Shown here: piece after piece, positions 27,012 to 36,580 of the stretch | How the letters are laid out: the number at the start of each line of letters is the position of its first letter | How positions within the stretch are numbered: the stretch's first letter is position 1 | Source: Anaerolineales bacterium | GTDB lineage: Bacteria > Chloroflexota > Anaerolineae > Anaerolineales > UBA11579 | Assembly (NCBI GenBank): GCA_025808555.1 | Contig: CP075526.1 | Span: forward strand, 696,712 to 760,711 | Direction of reading: 5' to 3' | Length of the DNA stretch: 64,000 nt | Made by a program: the position numbers and the translations under genes | The notes under the pieces: model-generated | What the model was told of the DNA's origin: nothing | Database searches by the model: none | What the model saw: only the letters and a program-made list of their open reading frames with translations

Positions 27012-27392
27012 ATGACTGAGCCACCCCAATTCTCCAACTGGCAAGAGGCATGGGAATGGCATGCCCGCCAGACATCAGACCATTTTGAGGCACAAACGGC
27101 AGAAGAGCTTTTGGCTCAGATTACTGCGGGGCACTATGATGGGTACTACACGATTTGGTATCGCCTGCGCGAGAAAGTTTCGCTGGCCCAGGCGGCGCCG
27201 GTGTTATTGGATGTTTTGCGACGGGAAGCGGATGACCTGATCCGCTATCACTGCGCGGCGGCCCTGTTTTACTTGATGGGGCATACGGATGACGCTCCGC
27301 CACCGTTGCGCCCAAGGGTGCAGTGGGCGCACAAAGGCGAGGCGGCCCGCCAGGCTGCGATTGATGAGTTGGAGCAGAGCCTGGCGGAGTGA
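27012..27392 (+). CDS. hypothetical protein
   Basis: The open frame begins at 26928. The start is uncertain (26982 or 27012). It is a helical protein with no recognised family. Confidence 0.45.
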   Translation: MTEPPQFSNWQEAWEWHARQTSDHFEAQTAEELLAQITAGHYDGYYTIWYRLREKVSLAQAAPVLLDVLRREADDLIRYHCAAALFYLMGHTDDAPPPLRPRVQWAHKGEAARQAAIDELEQSLAE

Positions 27393-27494
27393 GTGCAGGA
27401 AAGAATCTATAGTTATAAAAACTGGGGCAGTGTGCAATCTTTAGATTGCTCGTCGCTCAGCGGCTGCGCCGCCTCACTTCCTCACAATGACAAG

Positions 27495-27854
27495 TTATTT
27501 TTTCCCTGCCCTACCGAACCATGTGTGGCGGTTGTGGGCGATGACGTTGTAGATGGGGTCACGCAGGAAGGCAGGAACGAGGCGCAGGACACCGAGCAGC
27601 GGCCAGGGGAAGCGCAGGTAGCGCAGCAAGCGGAGGCCGGCGGCAGAACGCAGATAGATGCGCCCGCCGTCTTGCACGACGACGCTGTCGTAATCATCCA
27701 GCGGCAGGCCGGCGGCGGCCAGGACGCGCTGGCCGCGCTCGGACTGCAGCGAGGCGTACTCAAGCGCACCGTCACGTTGGCGGGCTTGCAGGAAGCTGAC
27801 GCTGCGATTGCACAACGCGCAGTAGCCATCGTACAGCACTAGGGGTCTACTCAT
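27495..27854 (-). CDS. thiol-disulfide oxidoreductase DCC family protein (DUF393)
   Basis: LVLYDGYCALCNRSVSFL is the DCC motif. The start was placed at MSRPLV (27854), because the region upstream is repeat DNA. Confidence 0.8.
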   Translation of the reverse strand: MSRPLVLYDGYCALCNRSVSFLQARQRDGALEYASLQSERGQRVLAAAGLPLDDYDSVVVQDGGRIYLRSAAGLRLLRYLRFPWPLLGVLRLVPAFLRDPIYNVIAHNRHTWFGRAGKK

Positions 27855-27884
27855 GCCCCGCCCCGTGCGCAGCTTCGCTGCGCG

Positions 27885-27947
27885 GGAGTTCGCTGCGCGA
27901 ACTCCAAGAAGTCTTCGAACATGCTCTGTTGTGGTCGGGTTCGCTGC
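27885..27947. repeat. GTTCGCTGCGC-AACTCC repeat pair upstream of the DCC gene
   Basis: The palindrome GGAGTTCGCtgcGCGAACTCC lies at 27885-27905, and a second GTTCGCTGCGCTAACTCC lies about 40 nt downstream. Confidence 0.6.
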
Positions 27948-27984
27948 GCTAACTCCAGATGGCTTTGAACACACACTCTAGATT

Positions 27985-28452
27985 TCATCTGGCTTCACGC
28001 TTCATCACCATAATGCGCTCATCTACCCGTTCAAATTCAGCGATCATGGCGGGCATCTGCGTCAGGCGGCGAAAATACTTCGGTAAATGCTCTCCCGCCA
28101 CTTCAATAAAGCCAAATTTCTCGTAGAGGGGCTTGAGGGCGGAGATGCTCATAAGGTACAGCTCGCTCGTGTGCTGAGCGAGCAGGCTTTCGATGATGGC
28201 ACGGCCGACGCCGCGGCCCTGCCAGGCTGGTACTACCGCGATGGAGGCCAGCTCCCAAGTGCCGTCTTTGTGTTGTTTGATCTGGCCGCAGCCAATAAAT
28301 TCGCCGACGGGCGTGAGGGCGACATGGAAGTTTTGCCAGTCAAGCCCATGCTGGAAAAGGTCGGCTTGCTCGATAAGCTGGCGGATGGGAGCAGCGTGCT
28401 GCGGCCCGGCGGGCTGGATGCTGAATTCGGGTAGCGCGGTGAGGTTATCCAC
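27985..28452 (-). CDS. GNAT family N-acetyltransferase
   Basis: IAVVPAWQGRGVGRAIIESLL. Confidence 0.85.
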   Translation of the reverse strand: MDNLTALPEFSIQPAGPQHAAPIRQLIEQADLFQHGLDWQNFHVALTPVGEFIGCGQIKQHKDGTWELASIAVVPAWQGRGVGRAIIESLLAQHTSELYLMSISALKPLYEKFGFIEVAGEHLPKYFRRLTQMPAMIAEFERVDERIMVMKREAR

Positions 28453-29902
28453 GCAACAGTTCGTTGAGGATGCGGGCAGCGGCTTTGGGGTCGGCCTTGC
28501 CTTTGGTGCGCTGCATCAGCTGGCCCACAAACCAGCCCATCAGCGCTTCTTTGCCGGCGCGGAAGCTGGCGACGTTATCAGGGTTGGCGGCGATGATGTC
28601 TTCGGCGATCTTGCGCAGCTCGGTCTCATCGGAGACCTGGGCGAGGCCCTCGGCCTGGACGATGTCGGCAGGCGGCTGACCGCTGGCCTGCACCTTGGCG
28701 AGCAGGCTCTTGCCGGTGGGCGTGTTTACGGCGCCGGAGTCCATCAGTTTGAGCACTTCGGCGAAGTACTCCGGCGTGAGCTTGAGTTGGTCAGCGGTTT
28801 GGCCGCTCTCGTTGAGCATGGCCATGACATCGTTCATCAGCCAGTTGGAGACGCGCTTGATGTCGCCCCCGTAAGCGGCCGCGGCCGCCTCGAAATAGTC
28901 GGCCAGGGCGCGTTCACTGCTGAGAATGTCAGCGTCATACTCGGGCAGGCCGACCTGCTCGATGAAGCGCTGGCGGCGGGCGAGCGGCAGCTCGGGCAGG
29001 CCGTTGATGATCTCGGCGCGGCGCTCGTCGCTGAGCACCAGCGGCAACAGGTCTGGCTCGCGGAAGTAGCGGTAATCGGCCTCGGTCTCCTTGGAGCGCA
29101 TTTTGCTGAGCGTGCCGGTGTTCTCGTCCCAGGCCAGGGTCCAGGGCTGGATGGTGCCGCCGGCCTCGACCTCGCGGGTTTGGCGTTCGATCTCGGCCAG
29201 GATGGCGCTGCGCAGCGAGTCGATCGAGTTGACGTTCTTGATCTCGGTCTTGGTGTTGAGCTCGGTGCTGCCTACGGGGCGAATGGAGACGTTGGCATCG
29301 GCGCGCAGGTGACCCTTCTCCATGTCGGCTTCGGAGATGCCCAGCCAGCGCAACAGCTGGCGCAGGCGGATGAGGTATTGGGCGGCCTCGTCGGCCGAGC
29401 GCAGGTCCGGCCCGGTGACCATCTCGACCAGCGGCACGCCGCAGCGATTGAAGTCAATGAGGCGGGCGCCATCGGCGCGGTTCACGGTCTTGCCGGCATC
29501 CTCCTCCAGGTGGAGCTTGTGGATGCCTATTCGACGTGTCCCGTTGGGCGTGGGCAGATCCATGTGGCCGCCGTTGGCCAGCGGCATGTCGTATTGCGAG
29601 ATCTGGTAACCCTTGGGCAGGTCTGGGTAGAAGTAGTTTTTGCGGTCAAAGTGGGAGACGGGCTGCAGCTCGGCGCCCATGGCCGCCGCCAGCGTGGCGG
29701 CTTTCTGCACGGCATTCTCGTTGAGCACCGGCAGCACCCCGGGCAGGCCGCTGCACACGGGGCAGATGTTGGTGTTGGGCGCATCGTCCCAGGAGTCGGC
29801 TCTGCAGGAGCAGAAGATCTTGCTCTGGGTGTTGAGCTGGATGTGGGTCTCGAGACCGATGACGACTTCGTACGCAGCTGTGCCGCGTGTTTCGTTAGGC
29901 AT
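28445..29902 (-). CDS. gatB: Asp-tRNA(Asn)/Glu-tRNA(Gln) amidotransferase subunit B
   Basis: YEVVIGLETHIQLNT, NICPVCSGLPGVLPVLN, and the C-terminal YqeY-like tail. Confidence 0.95.
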   Translation of the reverse strand: MPNETRGTAAYEVVIGLETHIQLNTQSKIFCSCRADSWDDAPNTNICPVCSGLPGVLPVLNENAVQKAATLAAAMGAELQPVSHFDRKNYFYPDLPKGYQISQYDMPLANGGHMDLPTPNGTRRIGIHKLHLEEDAGKTVNRADGARLIDFNRCGVPLVEMVTGPDLRSADEAAQYLIRLRQLLRWLGISEADMEKGHLRADANVSIRPVGSTELNTKTEIKNVNSIDSLRSAILAEIERQTREVEAGGTIQPWTLAWDENTGTLSKMRSKETEADYRYFREPDLLPLVLSDERRAEIINGLPELPLARRQRFIEQVGLPEYDADILSSERALADYFEAAAAAYGGDIKRVSNWLMNDVMAMLNESGQTADQLKLTPEYFAEVLKLMDSGAVNTPTGKSLLAKVQASGQPPADIVQAEGLAQVSDETELRKIAEDIIAANPDNVASFRAGKEALMGWFVGQLMQRTKGKADPKAAARILNELLRG

Positions 29903-30176
29903 GGGGGGATTTTACCAACGTCAGGTTCATGAACTTAGCGAGCGTGAGGATTGCGGTTCAATAACCGGTTCAACGGAGGATTGCTTGCAGTGTGCTGCCG
30001 GCCTGCAGGTTATTGTACGCTCTACCGCAGGACTGCCCATGTGACTACCCACCTGGGTGCCAATTGAGTTTATACTTAACATGGCTTGATGGGGCCTGTG
30101 CCAAAACTCCACAACTGCATTGCAGTGCAACCGCCGGTCTGCTGGCACAAACGACAATCAAGAGGAACGTAAAACG

Positions 30177-32378
30177 ATGAAAAGTTCTCTGAATTCCAGC
30201 TGGAGACTAATTGTTGCTTTGACGCTAGTAGTCGTTTTGGCGCCGTTCCCCACACGACAGGCGAAAGCTGCCGGCGTTTCGCCGGCTAGCTATCTTGCAG
30301 AGGACGGCAGCCTGATGCTGCCAGCCGACTTCAGCGGCGCGCTGGATCTGACGGGCTGGGACGTGGGTCTGGATAGCCAGCGAGGCCTGGTGTTTCAACC
30401 CGCCGCGGCAATTGACGGCGCATGGAGCGCCCTAAACGATGTGGGTACAGGCTTGAACGGCAGCGGCAACACGATCGCGCTGGATGGCGGCACGGTGTAT
30501 GTGGGCGGCTTTTTTACCGATGCAGCAGGTGACCCGGATGCGGATAACATCGTCAAGTTAGAAGGCGGCGCCTGGACCACGCTGGGTGGGGCTAACACAG
30601 GGTTGAACCAGGGTGTCCGGGTGGTTGTGATCGATGGGGGTGTGATCTATGCCGGCGGCACCTTCACGGATGCCGGGGGTGATCCGGATGCGGATAACAT
30701 CGCCAAGTTTGAAAGCGGTGCATGGTCCTCTTTAGGCGGCGCCGGTACGGGTTTGAATTCGGGTGTATTAAGCATCACAATCGATGGCGGCATTATCTAT
30801 GCTGGAGGCAATTTCACGAACGCCGGCGGCGATCCAGACGCCGATCGGATCGCGCAATTCAGCGGCGGCAGTTGGTCTTCGCTGGGTGGGGCAAACAGCG
30901 ACCTGAACAACAGGGTAGAAGTAATCGAAGTTCACGGAGGGATTATTTACGCCGGCGGCGCCTTCCTGAATGCGGGGCTAGACCCTGATGCCAATTTCAT
31001 TGCCAAATTTGAAAGCGGCGCCTGGTCCTCGCTGGGAGGTGCCGGCACCGGCCTATCCGGCCCTGTTCTTGATCTTGTCATTTCCGGCGCGGTGATCTAT
31101 GCCGCCGGCGATTTTGTAAATGCCGGCGGGGATGCGGATGCCGATTACATTGCCAAGTTTGAGAGCGGCGCATGGTCATCCCTGGGCGGTTCGGGCAGCG
31201 GTCTCCCGGGGTATGTGGAGGTGCTGCTGATCTCCGGCGGGATTATTTACGTGGGCGGGGATTTCGACAACGCGGGCGGAGACCCAAATGCTGATCGAAT
31301 TGCCAAGTTTAGCGATGGCGCCTGGTCCTCCCTGAATGGGGCTAACACAGGTTTGAGTGACATTGTTAACGATATGGTGATCGTGGACAACGTACTGTAC
31401 GCCGTCGGCTCCTTTGAAAACGCCGGTGGCGATGCGGATACGGATTACGCGGCTCAATTTGGTCTGGTGTTTAGTAAACCCCAAACCACGACCCAACAGA
31501 TTTCAAGAGTAGAGATTGCTACCTCAGGTACCACTACGCTGGAGCTGGGTGATATTTCAGTTAGCCTGCCGGCTGAAGCCGTGACTGGTCTAGGCTCTTG
31601 TAGCTTGAGCATTCAAGACCTTGGCAATTCCGGCGATTTTGGATTTACTCTGAACGATAGCGTTTGGGATGTAGATATCACTTGTGACGGGGCAAACCAG
31701 CATATCTTCCTTGCGCCGATAACAATTTGTATTCGTCCCGAAGGAAGCACGGACGATAAAAAGATCTTCCATCGCGGGGATGCTGGCGGTTCCTGGGATC
31801 CGCTGGCGACGCTTAGCAGCTCCAGCGGCATGATCTGTGCCCACACGCGCACCCTCTCATTGTTTACATTAGGAAGTTTTAGTCTGCCGAATACTGGGTT
31901 TGCGCCTAATGTGGCAGCTGAACTGAACCCGAAAGCGGCGTATGCATCAACTGGATTACATCTCAGCATCCCCAAGCTTGGCCTGGCGACTGACATCGTC
32001 GGCGTTCCACAGGGCATCAATGGGTGGGATGTTAGCTGGCTGGGCGAGAGCGCCGGCTTCCTGCACGGCACTGCTTTCCCGACCCTTGCGGGAAACACGG
32101 TTATCACTGCTCATGTATGGGGCGCGGACAATCAGCCTGGCCCGTTTGCAGGATTGCATGGCTTACGGTACGGCGACCATATTAGTATCAATGCCTGGGG
32201 CCAAACATACACCTATGAGGTACGGACCAACACCAGCTACAGCCCCAGCAGCCTTAGCCCGCTGGCCACAACCGATCATGATTGGGTGACATTGATCACT
32301 TGCCAAGGTTTTGATGAAGTCAGCGGCGAATACCTGTTTAGACGGGTTGTGAGGGCGGTGCTAATCAGCATCGATTAG
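30177..32378 (+). CDS. secreted 7x50-aa repeat (propeller-like) protein with internal LPNTG and C-terminal sortase domain
   Basis: GAGGA SD lies before ATG 30177. Signal peptide is MKSSLNSSWRLIVALTLVVVLAPFPTRQAKA. Seven repeats run from 30420 to 31469. LPNTG is at 31884-31898. The sortase triad context is NTVITAH (His codon 32112-32114), TLITC (Cys codon 32301-32303) and RRVVRA. Confidence 0.8.
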   Translation: MKSSLNSSWRLIVALTLVVVLAPFPTRQAKAAGVSPASYLAEDGSLMLPADFSGALDLTGWDVGLDSQRGLVFQPAAAIDGAWSALNDVGTGLNGSGNTIALDGGTVYVGGFFTDAAGDPDADNIVKLEGGAWTTLGGANTGLNQGVRVVVIDGGVIYAGGTFTDAGGDPDADNIAKFESGAWSSLGGAGTGLNSGVLSITIDGGIIYAGGNFTNAGGDPDADRIAQFSGGSWSSLGGANSDLNNRVEVIEVHGGIIYAGGAFLNAGLDPDANFIAKFESGAWSSLGGAGTGLSGPVLDLVISGAVIYAAGDFVNAGGDADADYIAKFESGAWSSLGGSGSGLPGYVEVLLISGGIIYVGGDFDNAGGDPNADRIAKFSDGAWSSLNGANTGLSDIVNDMVIVDNVLYAVGSFENAGGDADTDYAAQFGLVFSKPQTTTQQISRVEIATSGTTTLELGDISVSLPAEAVTGLGSCSLSIQDLGNSGDFGFTLNDSVWDVDITCDGANQHIFLAPITICIRPEGSTDDKKIFHRGDAGGSWDPLATLSSSSGMICAHTRTLSLFTLGSFSLPNTGFAPNVAAELNPKAAYASTGLHLSIPKLGLATDIVGVPQGINGWDVSWLGESAGFLHGTAFPTLAGNTVITAHVWGADNQPGPFAGLHGLRYGDHISINAWGQTYTYEVRTNTSYSPSSLSPLATTDHDWVTLITCQGFDEVSGEYLFRRVVRAVLISID
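30420..31469 (+). repeat. seven in-frame tandem 150-bp (50-aa) coding repeats
   Basis: The (A/S)W(S/T)(S/A/T)L motif recurs exactly every 50 residues (ORF residues 101, 151 ... 401). Consensus: AWSSLGGAGTGLN..V..I.I.GGIIYAGG.F.NAGGDPDAD.IAKFESG. Confidence 0.9.
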
Positions 32379-32492
32379 ACAAGCCGTCAAAAAGGAGCGA
32401 GAGCGCCCTGTAGAGTTGAACGAACAAGCTGCAAAGCTACTGCGTGACATCCATAAACGCTACGTGATAGATACGAATTCTGAGCCTATCCC

Positions 32493-33341
32493 TTACGGGT
32501 ACTCGTAGAACCCCTTGCCGCTCTTGCGACCCAGGTAACCGGCGTCGACCATGCGGCGCAGGAGCGGGGCTGGGCGATACTTGCTATCGCCCAGGTCACG
32601 CTGCAGGACTTCCATCACATAGAGCACGACATCAAGGCCGATAAGGTCGGCCAGGGTTAGCGGGCCCATGGGATGGGCCATGCCGAGCTTCATGACGGTA
32701 TCGATGCCCTCGGCATCCGAGACGCCCTCCTCGAGGGCGAAGATGGCTTCGTTGATCATGGGGCACAGCACGCGATTGGAGACGAAGCCGGGCGAGTCAT
32801 TGACCACGACGGGGGTCTTGCCCATTTGGCGGCCGACCTCGAGGGCGAGGTCTACGCTGGCGTCGCTGGTGCCCAGGCCGCGCACGATCTCGATGAGCGA
32901 CATGAGCGGCACCGGGTTGAAGAAGTGCATGCCCACGACCTTGTCGGGGCGCTTCGTAGCGGCGGCCAGCTTGGTGAGGCTGATCGAGGAAGTATTGGAG
33001 GCCAGCACCGTTTCGGGGCGGGCGATGCTGTCCAGATCCTGAAAGAGCTTGAACTTGATCTCAGGGTTCTCGGTGGCGGCTTCGATCACCAGGTCGGTTT
33101 CGGCGACGCCCTTGATGTCCGTCACAGGGATGATGGCGAGGGCGGCTTGCTTCTGCTCCGGCGTGATGCGGCCCTTCTCAGCCAGTTTCTCGACCGACTT
33201 GGCGATGGTGCTGACGCCGCGCTGCACGAACTCTTCGGCCACATCCATTATAGTGACCTGGTAGCCGGAAACGGCGGCAGTCTGGGCGATGCCGTTGCCC
33301 ATGGTGCCGGCGCCGATGACGAAGATCTTCTTGATGGCCAT
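32493..33341 (-). CDS. hbd: 3-hydroxybutyryl-CoA dehydrogenase
   Basis: The Rossmann start is [17 protein letters not shown], and the C-terminal block is [17 protein letters not shown] 33341 overlaps the upstream stop (TAATG). Confidence 0.88.
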   Translation of the reverse strand: MAIKKIFVIGAGTMGNGIAQTAAVSGYQVTIMDVAEEFVQRGVSTIAKSVEKLAEKGRITPEQKQAALAIIPVTDIKGVAETDLVIEAATENPEIKFKLFQDLDSIARPETVLASNTSSISLTKLAAATKRPDKVVGMHFFNPVPLMSLIEIVRGLGTSDASVDLALEVGRQMGKTPVVVNDSPGFVSNRVLCPMINEAIFALEEGVSDAEGIDTVMKLGMAHPMGPLTLADLIGLDVVLYVMEVLQRDLGDSKYRPAPLLRRMVDAGYLGRKSGKGFYEYP

Positions 33342-33832
33342 TAGGACTCCTGCTGCTCTTTCCAAATCTTGTAATTCTCGGTAATTTGCTGAGCGTGGGC
33401 GCGGGGATGGTTGGAGTAGATGCGCAGCCACTTCTCGAAGGTATAGGGCTCGTCGTATTCAGGGTGCACGACGGTGTTGCTCCATACTTCGTCGGGCAAA
33501 TTCTTGATGAAGTCGTAGGTGACTTTGCGCACGAGCCGCGTCAGGGCCAGGGCGTCTTCAATGTTCTCGGAGTGGTAGTTGAGCTTGACGGCCCACAGGT
33601 CCTGGTCGTAGGCCATCAGGGGCTGGCCGGGTTCGGCAACCAGGCGGCGGGCGCGCAGGTAACTGTTGGTCTCGCTATCGAGCAGGTGAATGATGTTCTC
33701 GTGCACGCTCCACGCATCCGGGGCGGGCTTGAATAGCCAGGCCTCCTGCGGGATGGTATTCAGCGCGGCTTCGAATTCGTCGAAGGCGCTGGCGTATTTC
33801 TCGATGAGCTGCTGGCGTTCGGCTTTATCCAC
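33341..33832 (-). CDS. DinB family protein
   Basis: The four-helix DinB_2 pattern has His at IIHLLDSE and NHPRAH. Confidence 0.65.
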   Translation of the reverse strand: MDKAERQQLIEKYASAFDEFEAALNTIPQEAWLFKPAPDAWSVHENIIHLLDSETNSYLRARRLVAEPGQPLMAYDQDLWAVKLNYHSENIEDALALTRLVRKVTYDFIKNLPDEVWSNTVVHPEYDEPYTFEKWLRIYSNHPRAHAQQITENYKIWKEQQES

Positions 33833-35044
33833 TTAGTCCTCCAATTCGATGGCCATGGCCACGGCTTCACCGCCGCCGAGGCACAGCGAGGCAATGCCGC
33901 GCTTGAGGCCGCGATCTTTGAGGGCGTAGATGAGCGTGGCCAGCAAGCGGGCGCCGCTGGCGCCCAGCGGGTGGCCGAGGGCGATGGCGCCGCCGTTGAC
34001 GTTGACCTTGCTCCAATCCCAACCCTGGTCGGCGAGGGCATAGCCATCCGCCAGCACCTGGGCGGCGTAGGCCTCGTTGAGCTCGATGAGGTCGACATCG
34101 GTGAGAGTCCAGCCAATTTTTTGCAGGAGCAGCGGGATGGCACGCGCCGGGGCGATGAAAATGCTCTTAGGGTCGACGGCGGCCTGGGCGTAGCCCACGA
34201 TGCGAGCGAGCGGCTTGACGCCGAGCTCAGCAGCGCGGGCGCGGCTGGCGATGATGGTGGCGGCGGCGCCGTCGTTGAGGCCGGGGGCGTTGCCGGCGGT
34301 CACCTTGCCGCCTTGTTTAAAGGCGGCGGGCAGCTTGTGGAGCTGCTCGAGCGAAGTGTCACGGCGGGGCGACTCGTCAGTGTCGACAAGGGTCACGCCT
34401 TTTTTGCCTTTCACCTCAACGGGCACGATCTCATCCTTGAACTTGCCGCCGTCAATGGCGGCGACCGCTTTTTGGTGGCTGGCGAGGGCGAATTCGTCCA
34501 TCGCCTCGCGGGTGACTTCGTATTCATCGGCGATGAATTCAGCGGCATCGCCCATGATCCAGTCTTCGAATGGGTCCCATAGGCCGTCGTGCTGCAGCGC
34601 GTCGGTGAGCTGGGCGCTGCCATAGCGCAGAGAGCCGCCGCGGCCATCCACCAGGAAGGGCGCCTTGCTCATGCTCTCCATGCCGCCGGCCACGAACAGG
34701 CTGCCGTCGCCGGCCTTGATGGCCTGCGAGGCGAGCATGACGGCTTTGAGGCCCGAGCCGCACACCTTGTTGATGGTGGTGGCGCCGACCTCGGGGCTGA
34801 TGCCCGCATAAATGCTGGCCTGGCGGGCAGGCGCCTGGCCCAGGCCGGCGGAGACCACGTTGCCCATGATGACTTCGTCGATGGCGGCGGAGCTATCCAG
34901 CCCGGCGCGCTCGAGGGCGGCCTTGACGGCCACGGCGCCGAGCTGCGGCGCAGTGAGCGTGCTGTAGGCGCTGAGGAACCTGCCGATGGGCGTGCGCACT
35001 GCGCTGAGGATCACTGGCTCATTTGGATTTTGGGTCATAACCAT
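33833..35044 (-). CDS. acetyl-CoA C-acetyltransferase (thiolase II)
   Basis: [12 protein letters not shown], the active-site Cys in [28 protein letters not shown] and [10 protein letters not shown]. Confidence 0.92.
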   Translation of the reverse strand: MVMTQNPNEPVILSAVRTPIGRFLSAYSTLTAPQLGAVAVKAALERAGLDSSAAIDEVIMGNVVSAGLGQAPARQASIYAGISPEVGATTINKVCGSGLKAVMLASQAIKAGDGSLFVAGGMESMSKAPFLVDGRGGSLRYGSAQLTDALQHDGLWDPFEDWIMGDAAEFIADEYEVTREAMDEFALASHQKAVAAIDGGKFKDEIVPVEVKGKKGVTLVDTDESPRRDTSLEQLHKLPAAFKQGGKVTAGNAPGLNDGAAATIIASRARAAELGVKPLARIVGYAQAAVDPKSIFIAPARAIPLLLQKIGWTLTDVDLIELNEAYAAQVLADGYALADQGWDWSKVNVNGGAIALGHPLGASGARLLATLIYALKDRGLKRGIASLCLGGGEAVAMAIELED

Positions 35045-35045
35045 C

Positions 35046-35957
35046 CTATGGGTTGGGCTTGCGTGCGATGAATGTGAACGAACCGCTGGTGGAAAGTTGG
35101 CGATAGGCCTCGCTGGCGCGCTCGGAGCGAGTGAAAGCATACCCCAGCCACCACCACAGGCGATGGAGCGCCTGCAGCGGCGCCACCAGCAGGCGGCTTA
35201 GCCAGCCGGGCGCCATGCGGAACAGCGCCATGGCGCCGATGGCCTGCAAGGCCTGCCAATCGGGGGACGGGCTGACCGCCTGCACCTCAAAGCCCGCGTT
35301 GTGCAACGTATTATAAGTTGCCAGGTGGCTGTGGTGGTAGAAGCTGTCGTTGTGGAAGGGCTCCATAAATGAGACGGTGCCGATGAGGACGCCGCCGGGC
35401 TGCAGGCAGCGAAAGGCCTCCTGCATCATCACGAAGGGAAACTGGATGTGCTCCAGCACGGCGATGCTGAGGATGAACTCGAAGCTATTGTCTGCAAACG
35501 GCAGGGCGTGGCCATCGCCGCGGATCGGGGCTTCAGGCAGAACGTAATCCAACCCGACCCATTCGTAGCCGAAGGCCTCGGCGACCTCACGGTGGATGCC
35601 ATCACCACAGCCGAGGTCGAGCATGAGCGCATCCTTAGCGCGGGCGCGGGGGAAGTGGCTGACCAGCGTGCGGGTGAGATGCCAGGGAATATCGAGAGCG
35701 GCAAGGTCGAGGGCCGGGCTGGGATTAGGACGCAGCGGCTCGAAGGCAAAACCGGCCGGCACGGGCGCGCCGCCCAGGGTGAACTTCACCGTCTCCGGTT
35801 TGGGGCGCTGCAGGCGCAGGTCCAGCTGGCCATTGGCGTCGGCCGGGTACTGCAGGCCGCACTGCGTGCAGCCTGCCCCACCCGCCTGAGGACGCAGCGG
35901 TGAGCCACAGATGGGGCAGACGAGGGTGGCCCACACCCGTTCAGAGATCGTATGCAT
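35046..35957 (-). CDS. class I SAM-dependent methyltransferase with N-terminal zinc-ribbon
   Basis: CPICGSPL...CTQCG is the ribbon. The SAM motif I is MLDLGCGDG, followed by LQPGGVLI. Confidence 0.75.
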   Translation of the reverse strand: MHTISERVWATLVCPICGSPLRPQAGGAGCTQCGLQYPADANGQLDLRLQRPKPETVKFTLGGAPVPAGFAFEPLRPNPSPALDLAALDIPWHLTRTLVSHFPRARAKDALMLDLGCGDGIHREVAEAFGYEWVGLDYVLPEAPIRGDGHALPFADNSFEFILSIAVLEHIQFPFVMMQEAFRCLQPGGVLIGTVSFMEPFHNDSFYHHSHLATYNTLHNAGFEVQAVSPSPDWQALQAIGAMALFRMAPGWLSRLLVAPLQALHRLWWWLGYAFTRSERASEAYRQLSTSGSFTFIARKPNP

Positions 35958-35958
35958 G

Positions 35959-36447
35959 CTACGGAGTTGCTTTCCAGGCCGCCTTCAGGCGCGCCCAGGT
36001 GTCTTCCAGCGTTTCAGGCAGCACGCGGGTGCTGCCGACGGTGGAGGTGAAGTTGGTATCGCCGGCCCAGCGCGGCACGATGTGCAGATGCAGATGCTCG
36101 GCGATGCCTGCGCCGGCCGCGGCGCCCAAGTTGGCGCCCAGGTTGAAACCCTGCGGGCCGTATTCGGCCTCCAGGGCGGTGATGGCCTGGGTCTGCAGCT
36201 CCATCATTTCGGCACGGGCGAAGGCGGCGAGCTCGTCCAGGCGGGCGGCGTGGGCCAGCGGCAGCACCATCAGGTGGCCGCTGGTGTACGGGTAGCGGTT
36301 GAGCATGACGAAGGCATGCTGGCCGCGATGGAGGATGAGATTATCGGCGCTGTCGGCCTCGGCCAGCGCCTGGCAAAACACGCAGGCATCTGCGTCTGGC
36401 TTGCGCTCGATGTAGGGCTTCCGCCAGGGGGAAAAGAGGCGCTGCAT
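35959..36447 (-). CDS. HIT family protein (Ap4A phosphorylase-like)
   Basis: CVFC...VMLNRYPYTSGHLMVLP and the histidine triad HLHLHIVPRW. The start was placed at MQRLFSPW (36447). Confidence 0.8.
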   Translation of the reverse strand: MQRLFSPWRKPYIERKPDADACVFCQALAEADSADNLILHRGQHAFVMLNRYPYTSGHLMVLPLAHAARLDELAAFARAEMMELQTQAITALEAEYGPQGFNLGANLGAAAGAGIAEHLHLHIVPRWAGDTNFTSTVGSTRVLPETLEDTWARLKAAWKATP

Positions 36448-36580
36448 GGGATGAATTGTAGCAGTGTCAAGTGAACAGGTAACAGTCCACAGTTGACAGG
36501 AGGCACGCCCAACAGAGCAATTCCTTGACGCAGCCACTGCGCGGCTTGACGTGCCAACGGGCGGCAAGTATCCTGCACGC

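Noticed and set aside
28193-29932. 579-aa plus-strand ORF opposite the GNAT gene and gatB
   Set aside because: It is a shadow ORF antisense to gatB, with no recognisable domain.
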